The notes under the pieces were generated by a model. The model was not told the origin of the DNA. It worked only from the letters and a program-made list of their open reading frames with translations, and made no database searches. From assembly GCA_964291285.2 (NCBI GenBank), contig OZ219789.1, positions 384,804 to 448,803 on the forward strand: a stretch of DNA of 64,000 nucleotides. The letters run 5' to 3'. Each line of letters begins with the position of its first letter. Within the stretch, counting starts at the first letter, position 1. The stretch comes from Alphaproteobacteria bacterium (GTDB taxonomy: Bacteria > Pseudomonadota > Alphaproteobacteria > Bin95). Below are positions 10,014-20,004 of this stretch, piece after piece. The position numbers and the translations under genes were made by a program.

Positions 10014-11759
10014 ATGAGGACCATGAGACATGTGGCTCTGGCGGCGATGGCCGCTGCGGGCCTGGCGCTCGCGGGCTGCGGAGGCGGTGGCGGGAAGAAG
10101 GCGGCCGCGCCGATGGACGGCGACCAGCAGATGGAGATGACGGACGTCCAGAAGGCGCAGGCGGCCTACGACGCCGCCGCGGCAGCCGAGACGGCGGCGA
10201 TGGATGCCAAGAAGGAAGCGGAAGCTCAGCTGGCCGCGGTCAAGAAGGCGGTCGAGCCGCCCCAATTCGCTCAGCAAATCTACTATACAGGCGGCGACAG
10301 CTCGGTGGTCCGGACCAACGCCGCGCTCGTGACGGCCGCGAAGGCGGCGGCCGAGAAGGCGCTGGCGGACGCCAAGGCGGCGCTGACGGCGGCCGAGAAG
10401 GCGCAGACGGACCTGAACGCCCTGCCGGCCGGCACGACCGGCCTTGCGGCGCAGAAGAAGGTGGTCACGGGTCAGATCGAAACAGTGAAAGCGGAGATCA
10501 AGGCCATCGAGAAGACCCTGACCGGGGCCGGCACGATCGGAGACTATTTCTCGAGGGTCGATACCGAGGCGGAAATCAAGGACCGCGCCGGCGAAACCCT
10601 CGCTACCGCTGGCTTCGACAACGCTACATCGTCAAGGCCCGCGAGGCGGCTGCTTGATACCTTGTCGCCTGCGGCCTCAGCTCGCTCCGGCTCGACCCGC
10701 ACCGGCGGTTACGATGGCAAAAACGGCACGTCTCAGTACAGTCCGAGGCCGACAGGGACCCTCTCCGGGGTCTCCATGCCGCCGAGGAAGGTCATCGCCA
10801 CCGGGGAGGTCGCCGATCGGAGATCCATGTTCTATCACAAGTATGACGATGGCGAACTCCCGGCCGGCGTCATGACCTGGGAGCAGATTGCCGCCAAGGA
10901 TGGGATGCTCGTGAAGAAGGCCTTCGGCACCGACAACATGGATGTCGATGTCCTGCCCCTTGCCGGGATGCCCCTGTCCTCACTCACCGACTCGAGCGGA
11001 ACGGCCCTGACGGCGTATCCCACGCTCACCGGCGGCATGCTCGCCGACCAGTATTACAAGGGGGTCAAGGGGACGCTGTATTGCCAGGGCACATGCTCTG
11101 CCGAGGGCGGCAAGCTGACCGGCAACCTGTTCTTCAAGGCGGCCGACGAATTCGACGATGGCTACGCGGGCTCGTATCGCTACTACTGGATAACGCCGAG
11201 GAACTCCCACTACACGGAGTACCAAGGCTATGTCCGCTACGGGTACTGGCTGTATGGAACCGGCACAACCACCGGGATTGCGGTCATGGCAAACAGCCCT
11301 GCCGTCAGTCGCGGAGATTACGGCAAGAGCACCACTCTCCCGAACACTGCCACCTACAAGGGCGAAGCCTTTGGCCTGTCGGCGCTGAAGCTCTACACCG
11401 CTGGCGAGCACACGGGGCAGAAGACCGCACGGTTCACGGCGGATGTGACGCTCAACGCCAAGTTCGGGGCTGATCCCAAAATAGAAGGAAAGATCGACAA
11501 CTTCATGGGGAATGCCGTCGACGAGAAGTGGAGCGTCAAGCTCGCGCAGACAAAGCATGTCAGCTTCGATGCCGAGGGCTTGGCCACGGGTTCCAGCGGC
11601 AGCACCGCCTTCGACAAGCCCGGCAGTTGGCAGGGTACCCCTTTCAGCCCGGACGGCGTGGGGCGCCCGGCCGGTTACCTGGGCACCTTCAACACCCATT
11701 TCCCGAACGGGTCGGCTGCCGGCGCCTTCTCGACGAGGATACAGGCGCCGGCAGAGTAG
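10014..11759 (+). CDS. Surface lipoprotein with C-terminal TbpB-like beta-barrel (probable T11SS cargo)
   Basis: Lipobox LAGC followed by a Gly linker and an Ala/Lys-rich helical stalk; C-terminal ATYKGEAFG...FTADVTLNAKF...IEGKIDNF...GSWQG...GTFNTHFPNGSAAGAF; Slam gene immediately downstream. Confidence 0.82.
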   Translation: MRTMRHVALAAMAAAGLALAGCGGGGGKKAAAPMDGDQQMEMTDVQKAQAAYDAAAAAETAAMDAKKEAEAQLAAVKKAVEPPQFAQQIYYTGGDSSVVRTNAALVTAAKAAAEKALADAKAALTAAEKAQTDLNALPAGTTGLAAQKKVVTGQIETVKAEIKAIEKTLTGAGTIGDYFSRVDTEAEIKDRAGETLATAGFDNATSSRPARRLLDTLSPAASARSGSTRTGGYDGKNGTSQYSPRPTGTLSGVSMPPRKVIATGEVADRRSMFYHKYDDGELPAGVMTWEQIAAKDGMLVKKAFGTDNMDVDVLPLAGMPLSSLTDSSGTALTAYPTLTGGMLADQYYKGVKGTLYCQGTCSAEGGKLTGNLFFKAADEFDDGYAGSYRYYWITPRNSHYTEYQGYVRYGYWLYGTGTTTGIAVMANSPAVSRGDYGKSTTLPNTATYKGEAFGLSALKLYTAGEHTGQKTARFTADVTLNAKFGADPKIEGKIDNFMGNAVDEKWSVKLAQTKHVSFDAEGLATGSSGSTAFDKPGSWQGTPFSPDGVGRPAGYLGTFNTHFPNGSAAGAFSTRIQAPAE

Positions 11760-11783
11760 CCCGCTCCCGGAACATCCGGTTCA

Positions 11784-11818
11784 GGCCCCGGCTGCTTCAG
11801 GCGGCCGGGGCCTTCTTT
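11784..11818 (+). terminator. Rho-independent terminator-like hairpin between lipoprotein and Slam
   Basis: GGCCCCGGCTGC-TTCAG-GCGGCCGGGGCC followed by TTCTTT. Confidence 0.65.
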
Positions 11819-11871
11819 CCTCCGGCGCCCTCCGGGCGGCCGGAGGTTCCCTTTCACGGACAGGGGTTTTC

Positions 11872-13122
11872 ATGCGCATACCCGCTCTCGTCATTGCGGC
11901 CGGGCTGTATCTGTTCGCCGCCGCGGCCCACGGCCAGGACGCGACCGGCGAGCGGTTCCGGGCGGGCATGGAGGCGCTTGCCGCCGCGCAGGCCGCCCCG
12001 GACCGGGACGCCCGCGACGGGAAGCTCGACGAGGCGATTGCGGCGTTCCGGGCCATCCTGGTGGACCGCCCGGACCTGGTGCGGGTGCGTCTGGAACTCG
12101 CGCACGCCTTCTTCCTGAAGGAAGAGGACAGCCTGGCGCGGCGGCATTTCGAACAGGTGCTGGCGGGGACGCCGCCGCCGGCGGTGGCCGCCAACATCCG
12201 GCGCTTTCTCGACATCATGCGCGCGCGGCGGCGCTGGGAGGCGCATTTCGGCCTGGCGGTGGCGCCCGACAGCAACCTCAACGCCGCGTCGGGGGAGCGC
12301 ACGGTCTTCCTCGACACGCCGTTCGGGCGCCTGCCCTTCACCCTCGACGGCGACGTGTCGCGCAAGTCGGGCATCGGCGTCTCGCTGTGGGGCGGCGGCG
12401 AATACCAGGTTCCGCTTTCGCCGGCCCTGCGGCTGCGCGCCGGGGCGGACGCCAGCGCGCGGGAATACAAGGGCGGGGCGTTCGACCGCCATTCGCTCTC
12501 GGCCCATATCGGCCCGCGCCGGCTGATCGACGGGAGCACGGAGGCGAGCCTGCTGGCGGTGGTGGACCGGCAATGGACCGCCGGGCGGCCCGAGACCGAC
12601 CGCTTCGGCGTCCGGCTGGAAGGCGCGCACCGCCTGACGCCGCGCCTCGCCCTGTTCGCCCACGCCAGCGCCACCCGGCGCAACTGCCGCGGCTGCAACT
12701 GGCTCGACGGCCCGGCGGGCGATGCGATGCTCGGCGCAAGCTGGGCCGCCCTGCCGATCCTGCGCCTCGGCGGCCATGCCGGATACAACTGGACCCGCGC
12801 CAATGCCGGACACTGGCGCAACCGCGGACCCCGGGCCGGCCTCGGCGCGACGCTCGCGCTGCCGGCCGGCTTCACCCTCGGCCTGCGCGCCTCCCTGCAG
12901 CGCGCCGCATACCAGGGACAGGGCTTCGCCCACAATACCATCGACCGCAGGCCGCGCCGGGACGAGACGCGCAGCCTCTCGCTCTCCGTGCACAACCGCG
13001 CCGTCACCGTGCTCGGCTTCAGCCCCCGCCTCTCGCTCATCCGCGAGGAGCGCGATACCAACGCCCAGACCCTCGACTACAAACGAAACCGCGCCGAACT
13101 CTCCTTCGTGCGACAGTTCTGA
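11872..13122 (+). CDS. Slam / DUF560 outer-membrane translocon (type XI secretion)
   Basis: Signal peptide; TPR region (AIAAFRAILVDRPDLVRVRLELAHAFF...ARRHFEQVL); APDSNLN motif; beta-barrel ending LSFVRQF. Confidence 0.9.
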   Translation: MRIPALVIAAGLYLFAAAAHGQDATGERFRAGMEALAAAQAAPDRDARDGKLDEAIAAFRAILVDRPDLVRVRLELAHAFFLKEEDSLARRHFEQVLAGTPPPAVAANIRRFLDIMRARRRWEAHFGLAVAPDSNLNAASGERTVFLDTPFGRLPFTLDGDVSRKSGIGVSLWGGGEYQVPLSPALRLRAGADASAREYKGGAFDRHSLSAHIGPRRLIDGSTEASLLAVVDRQWTAGRPETDRFGVRLEGAHRLTPRLALFAHASATRRNCRGCNWLDGPAGDAMLGASWAALPILRLGGHAGYNWTRANAGHWRNRGPRAGLGATLALPAGFTLGLRASLQRAAYQGQGFAHNTIDRRPRRDETRSLSLSVHNRAVTVLGFSPRLSLIREERDTNAQTLDYKRNRAELSFVRQF

Positions 13123-13222
13123 CCGGACACGCCGATAGCGGCAGCATCGGGCCGGGTGCGGCGCAGGCAGAAGACCGGCGCCATTCGCTCATGAAGGAGC
13201 GGGTCTGCCGCGGCCGCCCCGG

Positions 13223-14368
13223 TCATGTCTCCAGCACGGCGCTCATGGCCTGCCCGACGCGTTCCGCGGCGGCCTCGATGTCGCGGTCGGCGAGATGGGC
13301 GTAGCGCAGCGTCATGCGCACACTGGAATGCCCGAGCAGGCGGGAGACCACCGGGACCGGCACGCCGTTCATCACCGCATGGCTGGCCATGGTATGGCGC
13401 AGGTCATGAAGGCGGACATCCCCGATGCCGGCTTCGCGTCTGACGCGGTACCAGAGCGGCAGGTCGGGGCTGCGCGGGCGGGCGGGGTCGCACGGCGAAG
13501 GAAACACGAACGGGCTGCCCGTGCGCGGCTGCCGGTCGAGAATGGCCCGGGCCCCGCTGCCGAGCGGGACCGTCCTCGGTCCGGTCTTGGCATCGGTGAG
13601 CGCCAGCCCGTCCTCGCGGACTTCGGACCAGCGCAGGCCCGTGATCTCGCTTCTGCGGCAGCCGGTCAGCAGCAGGAGGCGGACGATGTCGGCCTGCTGC
13701 CGCGCGCTCTTCCGGGTCTGCGCGTCCAAGGCGGCATGGAGGCGTGCGAGTTCCTCCCGGGACAGGAACCGCGTGAGCGCCGTGCGGCGGTTCGGGGCGA
13801 TGCGCCCGACGGGATTGACCTCGATGTGGCCGCAGGCGAGGGCGAAGTTGAGTATCTGCCGCAGACGGGCAAGGCAGGGATTGGCGTTGCCCGGCGCGGT
13901 GCGGCTGTATCGCTCGAACCAGCGCCGGATGGCGGCCTCGCCGATGCGGTCCAGCGGCTTCGATCCGAATGCCGGCAGGAGCTGGCCCGCAAGCTGATAG
14001 CGGGCGGTCCTCTGCGTCGAGGGCTTGTAGCCGTCGAAATGCGCCTCCTTCCATGGACCGGCGACGAAATCCCGGAACAGCGGGACCGGCTGCGCCGGCC
14101 GGGCCTCTTTTTCCGGCTCGGGGTTCGCCTTGCGGGCATGGCATTCCCTGCGAACCTCCTCCAGGCTCTTCACGCCGACCGGGCCGAGCGAGACGCGCCT
14201 GGTGCGCCCGCCCCTGTCGAGCAGCAGCACCCAGCTGCGCCCGCCGGTGGGCCGCACCCGGACGCCGAGACCGGCGATGCGCGTGTCCCAGACCGTATAT
14301 TCCCGCTCGCGGGGGCGGAGACGGGCGACGGCGGCGTCGGTGAGTTTCATCCGTTCCCGGCCCGCCAT
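13223..14368 (-). CDS. Tyrosine integrase with N-terminal arm-binding domain (pair 1, gene 2)
   Basis: ATG 14368 overlaps the upstream stop; WDTRIAGLGVRV arm domain; TGCRRSE, DAKTG, LHDLRH, LGH, RYAH catalytic set. Confidence 0.93.
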   Translation of the reverse strand: MAGRERMKLTDAAVARLRPREREYTVWDTRIAGLGVRVRPTGGRSWVLLLDRGGRTRRVSLGPVGVKSLEEVRRECHARKANPEPEKEARPAQPVPLFRDFVAGPWKEAHFDGYKPSTQRTARYQLAGQLLPAFGSKPLDRIGEAAIRRWFERYSRTAPGNANPCLARLRQILNFALACGHIEVNPVGRIAPNRRTALTRFLSREELARLHAALDAQTRKSARQQADIVRLLLLTGCRRSEITGLRWSEVREDGLALTDAKTGPRTVPLGSGARAILDRQPRTGSPFVFPSPCDPARPRSPDLPLWYRVRREAGIGDVRLHDLRHTMASHAVMNGVPVPVVSRLLGHSSVRMTLRYAHLADRDIEAAAERVGQAMSAVLET

Positions 14369-15492
14369 CAGCCTGCCTCCAGCGCCGCGCCGACCGTCTC
14401 GGCTGCGTCCTGCACCATGGCGTCGGCGACATGGGTATATTTCAGCGTGGTTTCCGGCCTGCGGTGGCCCAGCAGCCGGCCGATGGCGAGCACCGTCTCG
14501 CCCTGCCGGAGGGCAAGGCTCGCATGCGTATGGCGCAGGTCGTGAAGGCGGGCGTCCTCCAGGTCCGCCTCGGCGCGGACCCGGTTCCAGAAGTGGAACA
14601 GCCAGCTTCCGCTCCGGGGCCGGTCGCCCCTCGATGCCGGGAATATCCACCGCCCCTTCCGCTCGAGACGATCAAGCACCGCCCGGGCCGGCTCCGACAG
14701 CCAGACTGTCCGGGGCCCCGTCTTGGAATCGCGCAGGAACAGGCGGCCTTCGCGGTAGTCGGACCATTGCAGGGTGAGGATCTCGCCCTTGCGGCATCCC
14801 GTGAGCAGCAGCAGGCGGATGACGGCGACATACTGCGGCCAGCGGGCCTCATGCGCCTTGAGCCTCCCGGACAGGCGGCGGATTTCCTCGTCCGGGAGGA
14901 ACCGCTCGCGGCCCTTGCGGCGGTAGCGCCTGATCCCCCGGCAGGGATTGGAGCCCTCCGGGCGCAGGCCCATGGCCTCCGCCTCCCTCATGATGACGGA
15001 CAGCACCGGCATCGACCGGTCCGCCGCCGCCGGCACCGCGCGCAGGCGGGCGAACCAGTGCCGCACCTCCTGCCGGTCGATCTCCGCAATCGGCCTTCCG
15101 GCGAAATGCGGCAGAAGCCGGTTGCGCAGATAGCTTCGGTTCACGATCATCGTTCCGGGCTTCCAGACGCCCTCGTGACGGCGGAACGCGATCCCGGCGA
15201 CGGCTTCGAAGAGCGTCTCGTCCGGCGTGAGCGGCGCCTCCCCGCCGCGCCTGATGGTGGCGAGCATCTCCGCAGCCGCGGCCCGCGCTTCGCCGATGCT
15301 CATGCTGTCGGCGTCGCCGACAATCTTCCAGATACGCGCGCCGCGATGCTGGCAGTGGATGAAGAACTGCTTGCGGCCCGAGGGCGACACACGGACGCCG
15401 AACCCCCTGAGCCTGCCGTCGCGGACCTCGCGGACGGACCTGCGGGGCTTGAGCGCCTTCACGCGCGCCTCGGTGAGGGTAGTCTTCGCCAT
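14368..15492 (-). CDS. Tyrosine integrase with arm-binding domain (pair 1, gene 1)
   Basis: MAKTTLTEARV...DGRLRGFGVRV; TGCRKGE, DSKTG, LHDLRH, LGH, KYTH. Confidence 0.93.
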   Translation of the reverse strand: MAKTTLTEARVKALKPRRSVREVRDGRLRGFGVRVSPSGRKQFFIHCQHRGARIWKIVGDADSMSIGEARAAAAEMLATIRRGGEAPLTPDETLFEAVAGIAFRRHEGVWKPGTMIVNRSYLRNRLLPHFAGRPIAEIDRQEVRHWFARLRAVPAAADRSMPVLSVIMREAEAMGLRPEGSNPCRGIRRYRRKGRERFLPDEEIRRLSGRLKAHEARWPQYVAVIRLLLLTGCRKGEILTLQWSDYREGRLFLRDSKTGPRTVWLSEPARAVLDRLERKGRWIFPASRGDRPRSGSWLFHFWNRVRAEADLEDARLHDLRHTHASLALRQGETVLAIGRLLGHRRPETTLKYTHVADAMVQDAAETVGAALEAG

Positions 15493-16089
15493 TGCGTTTC
15501 TCCCGGCTCCGGTTGCAGCCGGGGAACGGGCCCTTGCGACCCGCTTCCCCGACCGCTGCATTTCGGGAGAAAAAACAACGCTATGTCAGATAGTTAGCAC
15601 CCACAGGTGCGCTCTCGGGTGTCGAACTCGTCGCGCTCGGGGGTTGCGCCGAAGAGAGCGGCGTTGTCGCAGACGATCGCGGTTGCGGACTGCGCTGCGG
15701 TCTCGATATCGAAGGTCATGTCGTTTTCCTTTCGGTTTCACGTTCGGGGCCGATCCCCGTTGTGATGTCCTGTCGGGGCACGCGCGCGCAGCAGAAGCAC
15801 CCGGGCTTGGAAGCTCTTGGGCGGAGTGGTGCGGAAAGGCGGCGATGGTGCGGAAGATCGCCCTGCGATCTTCACGGTCGTCGACTTTCACGGTCCGCCC
15901 GTAGAGCTTCTTGGCCGGGCCGCAGGGAGCGGAGCGACCGGAGGACCCCGCAGGGGTTGCTGTCGCGAGCCCGTGTGACACGATTGGAGATCACAGCGGG
16001 GTGGCGTATTTCTCTCGCCCTGCACGGACCCCATCGTCGGTTCGGCCGGCACGGTGCCGGAGCGGGAGGCGCCGTTGCCCGCCCTTGCG

Positions 16090-16317
16090 TCAACCCCACA
16101 GGGGATGGGAGAGGACCAGGTGCCCGGCGACCTCGCGGATGCGGGTGCGGTCGTGGAGATACACCAGCCCGCGCGGGTCCTCGTCGAGATGTATGGCGAA
16201 CACCCTGCGCCCCGGCCGGATGCTGTCGTCGAAGGCGTGGATGTCGCCGACATGGTCGCCGTCCCGGTAGATGCGGGATTCGTCGGGGGCGATGCGGCGG
16301 AAGGAGATGGTGCTCAT
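16090..16317 (-). CDS. Hypothetical protein, 75 aa
   Basis: GGAG RBS, ATG 16317, MSTISFRRIAPDESRIYRDGDHVG...; protein-like composition unlike the shadow frames. Confidence 0.6.
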   Translation of the reverse strand: MSTISFRRIAPDESRIYRDGDHVGDIHAFDDSIRPGRRVFAIHLDEDPRGLVYLHDRTRIREVAGHLVLSHPLWG

Positions 16318-16442
16318 CGGGTTCTCCGGGTAGCGTGACGGGTGCGCGAGCGGGCTCGCTCTCCTCCTCGCGCGGTTCACCCGCTTTCCAGCCTCGCTCC
16401 CACTCCCGTATGCGCCGCGGCGAGACTCGAAACTGCCTGCAT

Positions 16443-16475
16443 GAAGAAAGGGCCGACGCGCGAGGCGCCGGCCCT
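16443..16475 (-). terminator. Terminator hairpin downstream of ssb
   Basis: Minus strand AGGGCCGGCGC-loop-GCGTCGGCCCT followed by TTCTTC. Confidence 0.6.
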
Positions 16476-16499
16476 GTGGGGAAGGAAGAACGGGAAGCT

Positions 16500-16943
16500 C
16501 TAGAACGGGATATGGTCCCCATCCATCGGGTCGCCGCCGGCCGGCGCGGCGCCGCCCGCCGCGTCCGGGCCGGGCTGCGCGGCGTTGCCGTTCGGCTTGT
16601 CGAGGAACTGGACGCGCCCGCCGGGCACGAGCAGGATCTCGGTCGAGAAGCGGTCCGAGTCCTCGCCCGGCTTCGACCAGCGCCGGGTCTGGAGCTTGCC
16701 GTCGATGTAGACCAGCCGGCCCTTCGTGGCGTGCTTCTCGAACATGTCGATCAGCCCGTCCTGGAAGGTCACGACCCGGTGCCACTCGGTCCTGTCGACC
16801 TTCTCGCCGGTCTGCTTGTTGATGAACGACTCGTCGGTCGCGATGCTCAGGTTGGCGACGCGCCCGCCCGAGGTGAGGTGGTTGACGGTGACGTCCGCGC
16901 CGAGGCGGCCGATGATCTGCACCTTGTTCAATCCGAAGCTCAT
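16500..16943 (-). CDS. ssb: Single-stranded DNA-binding protein
   Basis: LNKVQIIGRLGAD...TEWHRVV...KGRLVYIDGKLQTRRW; C-terminal DHIPF tail. Confidence 0.96.
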   Translation of the reverse strand: MSFGLNKVQIIGRLGADVTVNHLTSGGRVANLSIATDESFINKQTGEKVDRTEWHRVVTFQDGLIDMFEKHATKGRLVYIDGKLQTRRWSKPGEDSDRFSTEILLVPGGRVQFLDKPNGNAAQPGPDAAGGAAPAGGDPMDGDHIPF

Positions 16944-17052
16944 TGCGATACTCCTTCAGGTTCGTGTTCATGACGATGGGTTGCGAACGACCGGAGGCCG
17001 GGACACCCTCCCGACCCCCCGACCGTTCAATCTCTTCAGGCCCTCCTCCCCT

Positions 17053-17298
17053 CTATGCCGCCGGAGGGAACGACGACCACGGGTCCAGGGGCTCCGCCGC
17101 GTCCTGGAGGGACATCCCGAAGGACGGTTCCGGGAAGAGGCTCGCGAAGCCGTGCACCGGACAGGCCGCGCCCCGGTCGGGGCAGCGGATGGCGCGCTCG
17201 TCCTCGGCGATCTCGCGGACGGTGCGACGGTCGACGCCGAGTTCGGCGAGCAGGTCGCAGCCGAGCGGAAGGTCGAGGGATGTATCGGGATGAAACAT
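17053..17298 (-). CDS. Hypothetical protein
   Basis: GGAG upstream of ATG 17298; co-oriented between the Zn-finger gene and ssb. Confidence 0.45.
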   Translation of the reverse strand: MFHPDTSLDLPLGCDLLAELGVDRRTVREIAEDERAIRCPDRGAACPVHGFASLFPEPSFGMSLQDAAEPLDPWSSFPPAA

Positions 17299-17596
17299 GG
17301 CGGGAACTCCTCTGCCGGTGTCCGGCATCGGCGCGGGGAGTTCCTCTCCTCCGCCTTGCCGGACACTCGCCCGGCAGGCGCTTCACTCCTCTCCACGACA
17401 CAGGGACGGCGCGGCGGATCGCGGCCAGGCGAGCGCCGCCATCGCCGCCCGGGACAGCATGTCATACCAACGGTCGTTGATTGGAACCGATAGCAGATCC
17501 TCCCTCCGCAGCTCGCCCCCTGAGCCGAGGCCTCCTACTGCAAGAGGTAATCTCCGCCGAGAGAGGCTAATCGGTTCTTATCTGTGGCCGGTGGTA

Positions 17597-18613
17597 TCAG
17601 GTCCAGGCGGTGAAGGAGGCGGTGACGGGGGCGTCGGTGACGATCTCGACGCGGTTGCGGTCGAGCTTCCCGAAGGCGAGGCAGAGGGCGACATCGGCCG
17701 GATCGTCGAACGGACCGTGCTCGCGGCCGGTCTCCAGTTCGATCACGGTCCAGACCGGCTCGTGGACCGGGATGCCCCTGAAATGCGCCGACCCTTGATA
17801 CGACCTCTCGGCACAGGGCGCACAGCGCGCCGCCCCCTGTGACGGCGCCCCGCAGGCCGTGCACAGGCCGGCGGCCCGGCGTCGGGCGTACAACTGCCGC
17901 GAGCGCGCGTTCTTGCGCTCCGGGTTGTGGCTGGCCTCCTCGATGGCGGCGCAGGGGCCGCAGCGCGAGAGGCCGTCGAAGGCCGGCTGCCCGCAGCGTG
18001 TGCAACGGCCCCCCGTCCTGCGTTCGTCATATTGCCGCCGTTCTGCCGCCTGCCTCCTGTCCCGGCAGGGCTGGCAGGTGGTTCCGCCCTCAACGGGGGG
18101 ACGCTTGCCGCAGCGGATGCAGAGGCCGGCCCCGGCCCTTGCCTTCTGGCGGCGCCTGCTCTTGAGGCGGGCGGCCTTGCGTTTCGCCTCCGCATTGGCG
18201 CCGCCATAGGGCAGCCCGGCGGCCTTGCAGGCGGCGTAGCGGGCGCGGTCGCCGGCGCGGCGTTTCTCCAGGCACGGCTCGCACGACGCGCGGCCCTTCA
18301 CGGCCGGCTGCTTGCCGCAGCGGGTGCAGAGGCCTTTGGCGGCCCTTTGTTCCCTCTTGCTGCGGGTGCGCTGGCGCTCGGACTGCCGTGCGGTTTCGGG
18401 GTCCCTTCGCGGTGTGCCCGCGGCCCGCAGACGGGCATCGCGGGCGCGGCTGCGCTTCTCGGCGCGGCCGGCGCAGACGCTGCGCCCCGGCGCGGGCGGG
18501 ACCTTGCCGCAGCGCGGACACCGGCCTTGGGCGATACGCGATGCGGTGCGCCGGGCGATACACTCGCGGTCGCGGGCCTTGCGGACTTCCGGGTCCCGGC
18601 AAGCCATGGCCAT
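17597..18613 (-). CDS. Protein with five Cys4 zinc-finger-like repeats
   Basis: GAGGAG RBS, ATG 18613; repeats GRCPRCG, GLCTRCG..CEPC, GLCIRCG..CQPC, GRCTRCG..CGPC, GLCTACG..CAPC separated by basic helices. Confidence 0.8.
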   Translation of the reverse strand: MAMACRDPEVRKARDRECIARRTASRIAQGRCPRCGKVPPAPGRSVCAGRAEKRSRARDARLRAAGTPRRDPETARQSERQRTRSKREQRAAKGLCTRCGKQPAVKGRASCEPCLEKRRAGDRARYAACKAAGLPYGGANAEAKRKAARLKSRRRQKARAGAGLCIRCGKRPPVEGGTTCQPCRDRRQAAERRQYDERRTGGRCTRCGQPAFDGLSRCGPCAAIEEASHNPERKNARSRQLYARRRAAGLCTACGAPSQGAARCAPCAERSYQGSAHFRGIPVHEPVWTVIELETGREHGPFDDPADVALCLAFGKLDRNRVEIVTDAPVTASFTAWT

Positions 18614-18661
18614 TCTCCTCGTCGATGGTGCGGGGTCGGGCGGGAGACACCCGGCCGGCGG

Positions 18662-18914
18662 CGGGCCGGCCGGACGTCCGGGACGATCAGCCGCGCTGGC
18701 GGCGGTCGGCGAAGATCCCGAGGCTGCGCCAGCCCCACAGCTGCACCCCGCAATGCCGCAGTCTGACCCCCGTCGCGATGATGATCTCGTCCCGGGCCGG
18801 ACGCATCTCCTCAAGCGCCTTCGCGGTGACGATCGTGCCCCGGGCCTTGCGACGGCCCTTGCATGCCGTGCCGCCGGACCGGACGGGAACGATCTCGCCG
18901 TCGGCCTTCGAGAC
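18662..18914 (+). repeat. About 250-bp direct repeat copy 1 (copy 2 at about 23584..23835)
   Basis: Near-identical sequence GATCAGCCGCGCTGGCGGCGGTCGGCGAAGATCCCGAGG...GTCGGCCTTCGAGAC at both sites. Confidence 0.9.
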
Positions 18915-19013
18915 GTAGCGTTCGACGACATAACGGTCGTCCTCGAGACCGCCGCCGACGAAGTGGATGAGATAGGTGCGCGCGTCGCCGTCCGGTGCGA
19001 TTGCTGCCTGCAT
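18687..19013 (-). CDS. Hypothetical protein, 108 aa
   Basis: GAAGGAG RBS; its 3' two-thirds is duplicated at 23609..23835 with the frame preserved. Confidence 0.6.
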   Translation of the reverse strand: MQAAIAPDGDARTYLIHFVGGGLEDDRYVVERYVSKADGEIVPVRSGGTACKGRRKARGTIVTAKALEEMRPARDEIIIATGVRLRHCGVQLWGWRSLGIFADRRQRG

Positions 19014-19226
19014 CGTGCCGTGCTCCTTCGACAGGTGAATGGGAACGGCGGCAGCGCCATTCTCCCTCCGGAGCGCCGACCGCCGCCCCGCTCACGGCCA
19101 GACCTCGCCTCCTGCCGGTGGAAGACGCGTGGATGGAGACGCCGGCAGGACGGCCATGCAGCGGACAGGAGCGCGGCGCGAGTTGAAAAGCCACACCCGG
19201 CATCATAAAAGGAGGCATGAAGGCGG

Positions 19227-19628
19227 ATGTGCGCGAGGCTCGGGTTGCAGACGTTCAAGACTAGGGCGTTCGCCCGTTTCGCCGACCGCGAGGGGCTGGA
19301 GGATGCGGCCTTGTGCGAGGCCGTCCGGCGCGCCGGGGAGGGTCTGGTCGACGCCGACCTCGGCGGCGGCGTCATCAGGCAGCGCATCGCCCGCAAGGGC
19401 GGCGGCCGGTCCGGAGGGTTCCGCACGATCGTGCTGTTCCGTCGAGGCGAACTGGCGTTCTTCGTGCACGGGTTTGCGAAGAGCGCCCGGGACACCATCC
19501 GGCGCAAGGAACTTTCGGGGCTGCGATTGCTGGCAAACGAGTATCTGGCGCTGGATGCGGCGGGTCTTGCGGTCGCGCAGGCGACTGGATCGATAATCGA
19601 GGTGGAATGCGATGACCGGGCAGTATGA
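19227..19628 (+). CDS. RelE/ParE-family (HigB-like) toxin
   Basis: FKTRAFARFA...GLVDADLGGGVIRQRIARKGGGRSGGFRT...FFVHGFAKS; overlaps the HTH gene. Confidence 0.9.
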   Translation: MCARLGLQTFKTRAFARFADREGLEDAALCEAVRRAGEGLVDADLGGGVIRQRIARKGGGRSGGFRTIVLFRRGELAFFVHGFAKSARDTIRRKELSGLRLLANEYLALDAAGLAVAQATGSIIEVECDDRAV

Positions 19629-19929
19629 GAGCGAGGTGCTGGCTTCGGTGCTCGAGGCGGCGCTCGGCCTGGCCGAAGCGGGCCTGATGTCGAAACGGAC
19701 CATGCGGAAGTTCGACGAGATGTGCCTCACGCCCGTCAAGGAGATGACGCCGGAAGACATTCGCGCGCTTCGGCTGCGCGAGAACGCGAGCCAGGCGGTG
19801 TTCGCGCGCTACCTCAACGTGACGACGGGTCTTGTGAGCCAGTGGGAGCGCGGCGAGAAGCACCCCCGCGGCACCTCTCTGAAGCTGCTGACGCTGGTGG
19901 AGAAGAACGGTCTCGGTGCGGTCGCGTGA
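19612..19929 (+). CDS. Xre-HTH antitoxin (HigA-like)
   Basis: IRALRLRENASQAVFARYLNVTTGLVSQWERGEKHPRG. Confidence 0.9.
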   Translation: MTGQYESEVLASVLEAALGLAEAGLMSKRTMRKFDEMCLTPVKEMTPEDIRALRLRENASQAVFARYLNVTTGLVSQWERGEKHPRGTSLKLLTLVEKNGLGAVA

Positions 19930-20004
19930 AAACACGCACCGATCGCGCCTCCGCCCTGCGCAACCGGGGCGTACTCGAGTTCGACATGACCAGGCAGTTG
20001 CACC

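Noticed and set aside
5550-15594. Shared ACTATCTGAC word at about 5550 and, inverted, at about 15585
   Set aside because: Only 10 bp; chance cannot be excluded.
17597-19507. 636-aa version of the Zn-finger ORF
   Set aside because: The upstream part overlaps other genes; a strong RBS supports ATG 18613.
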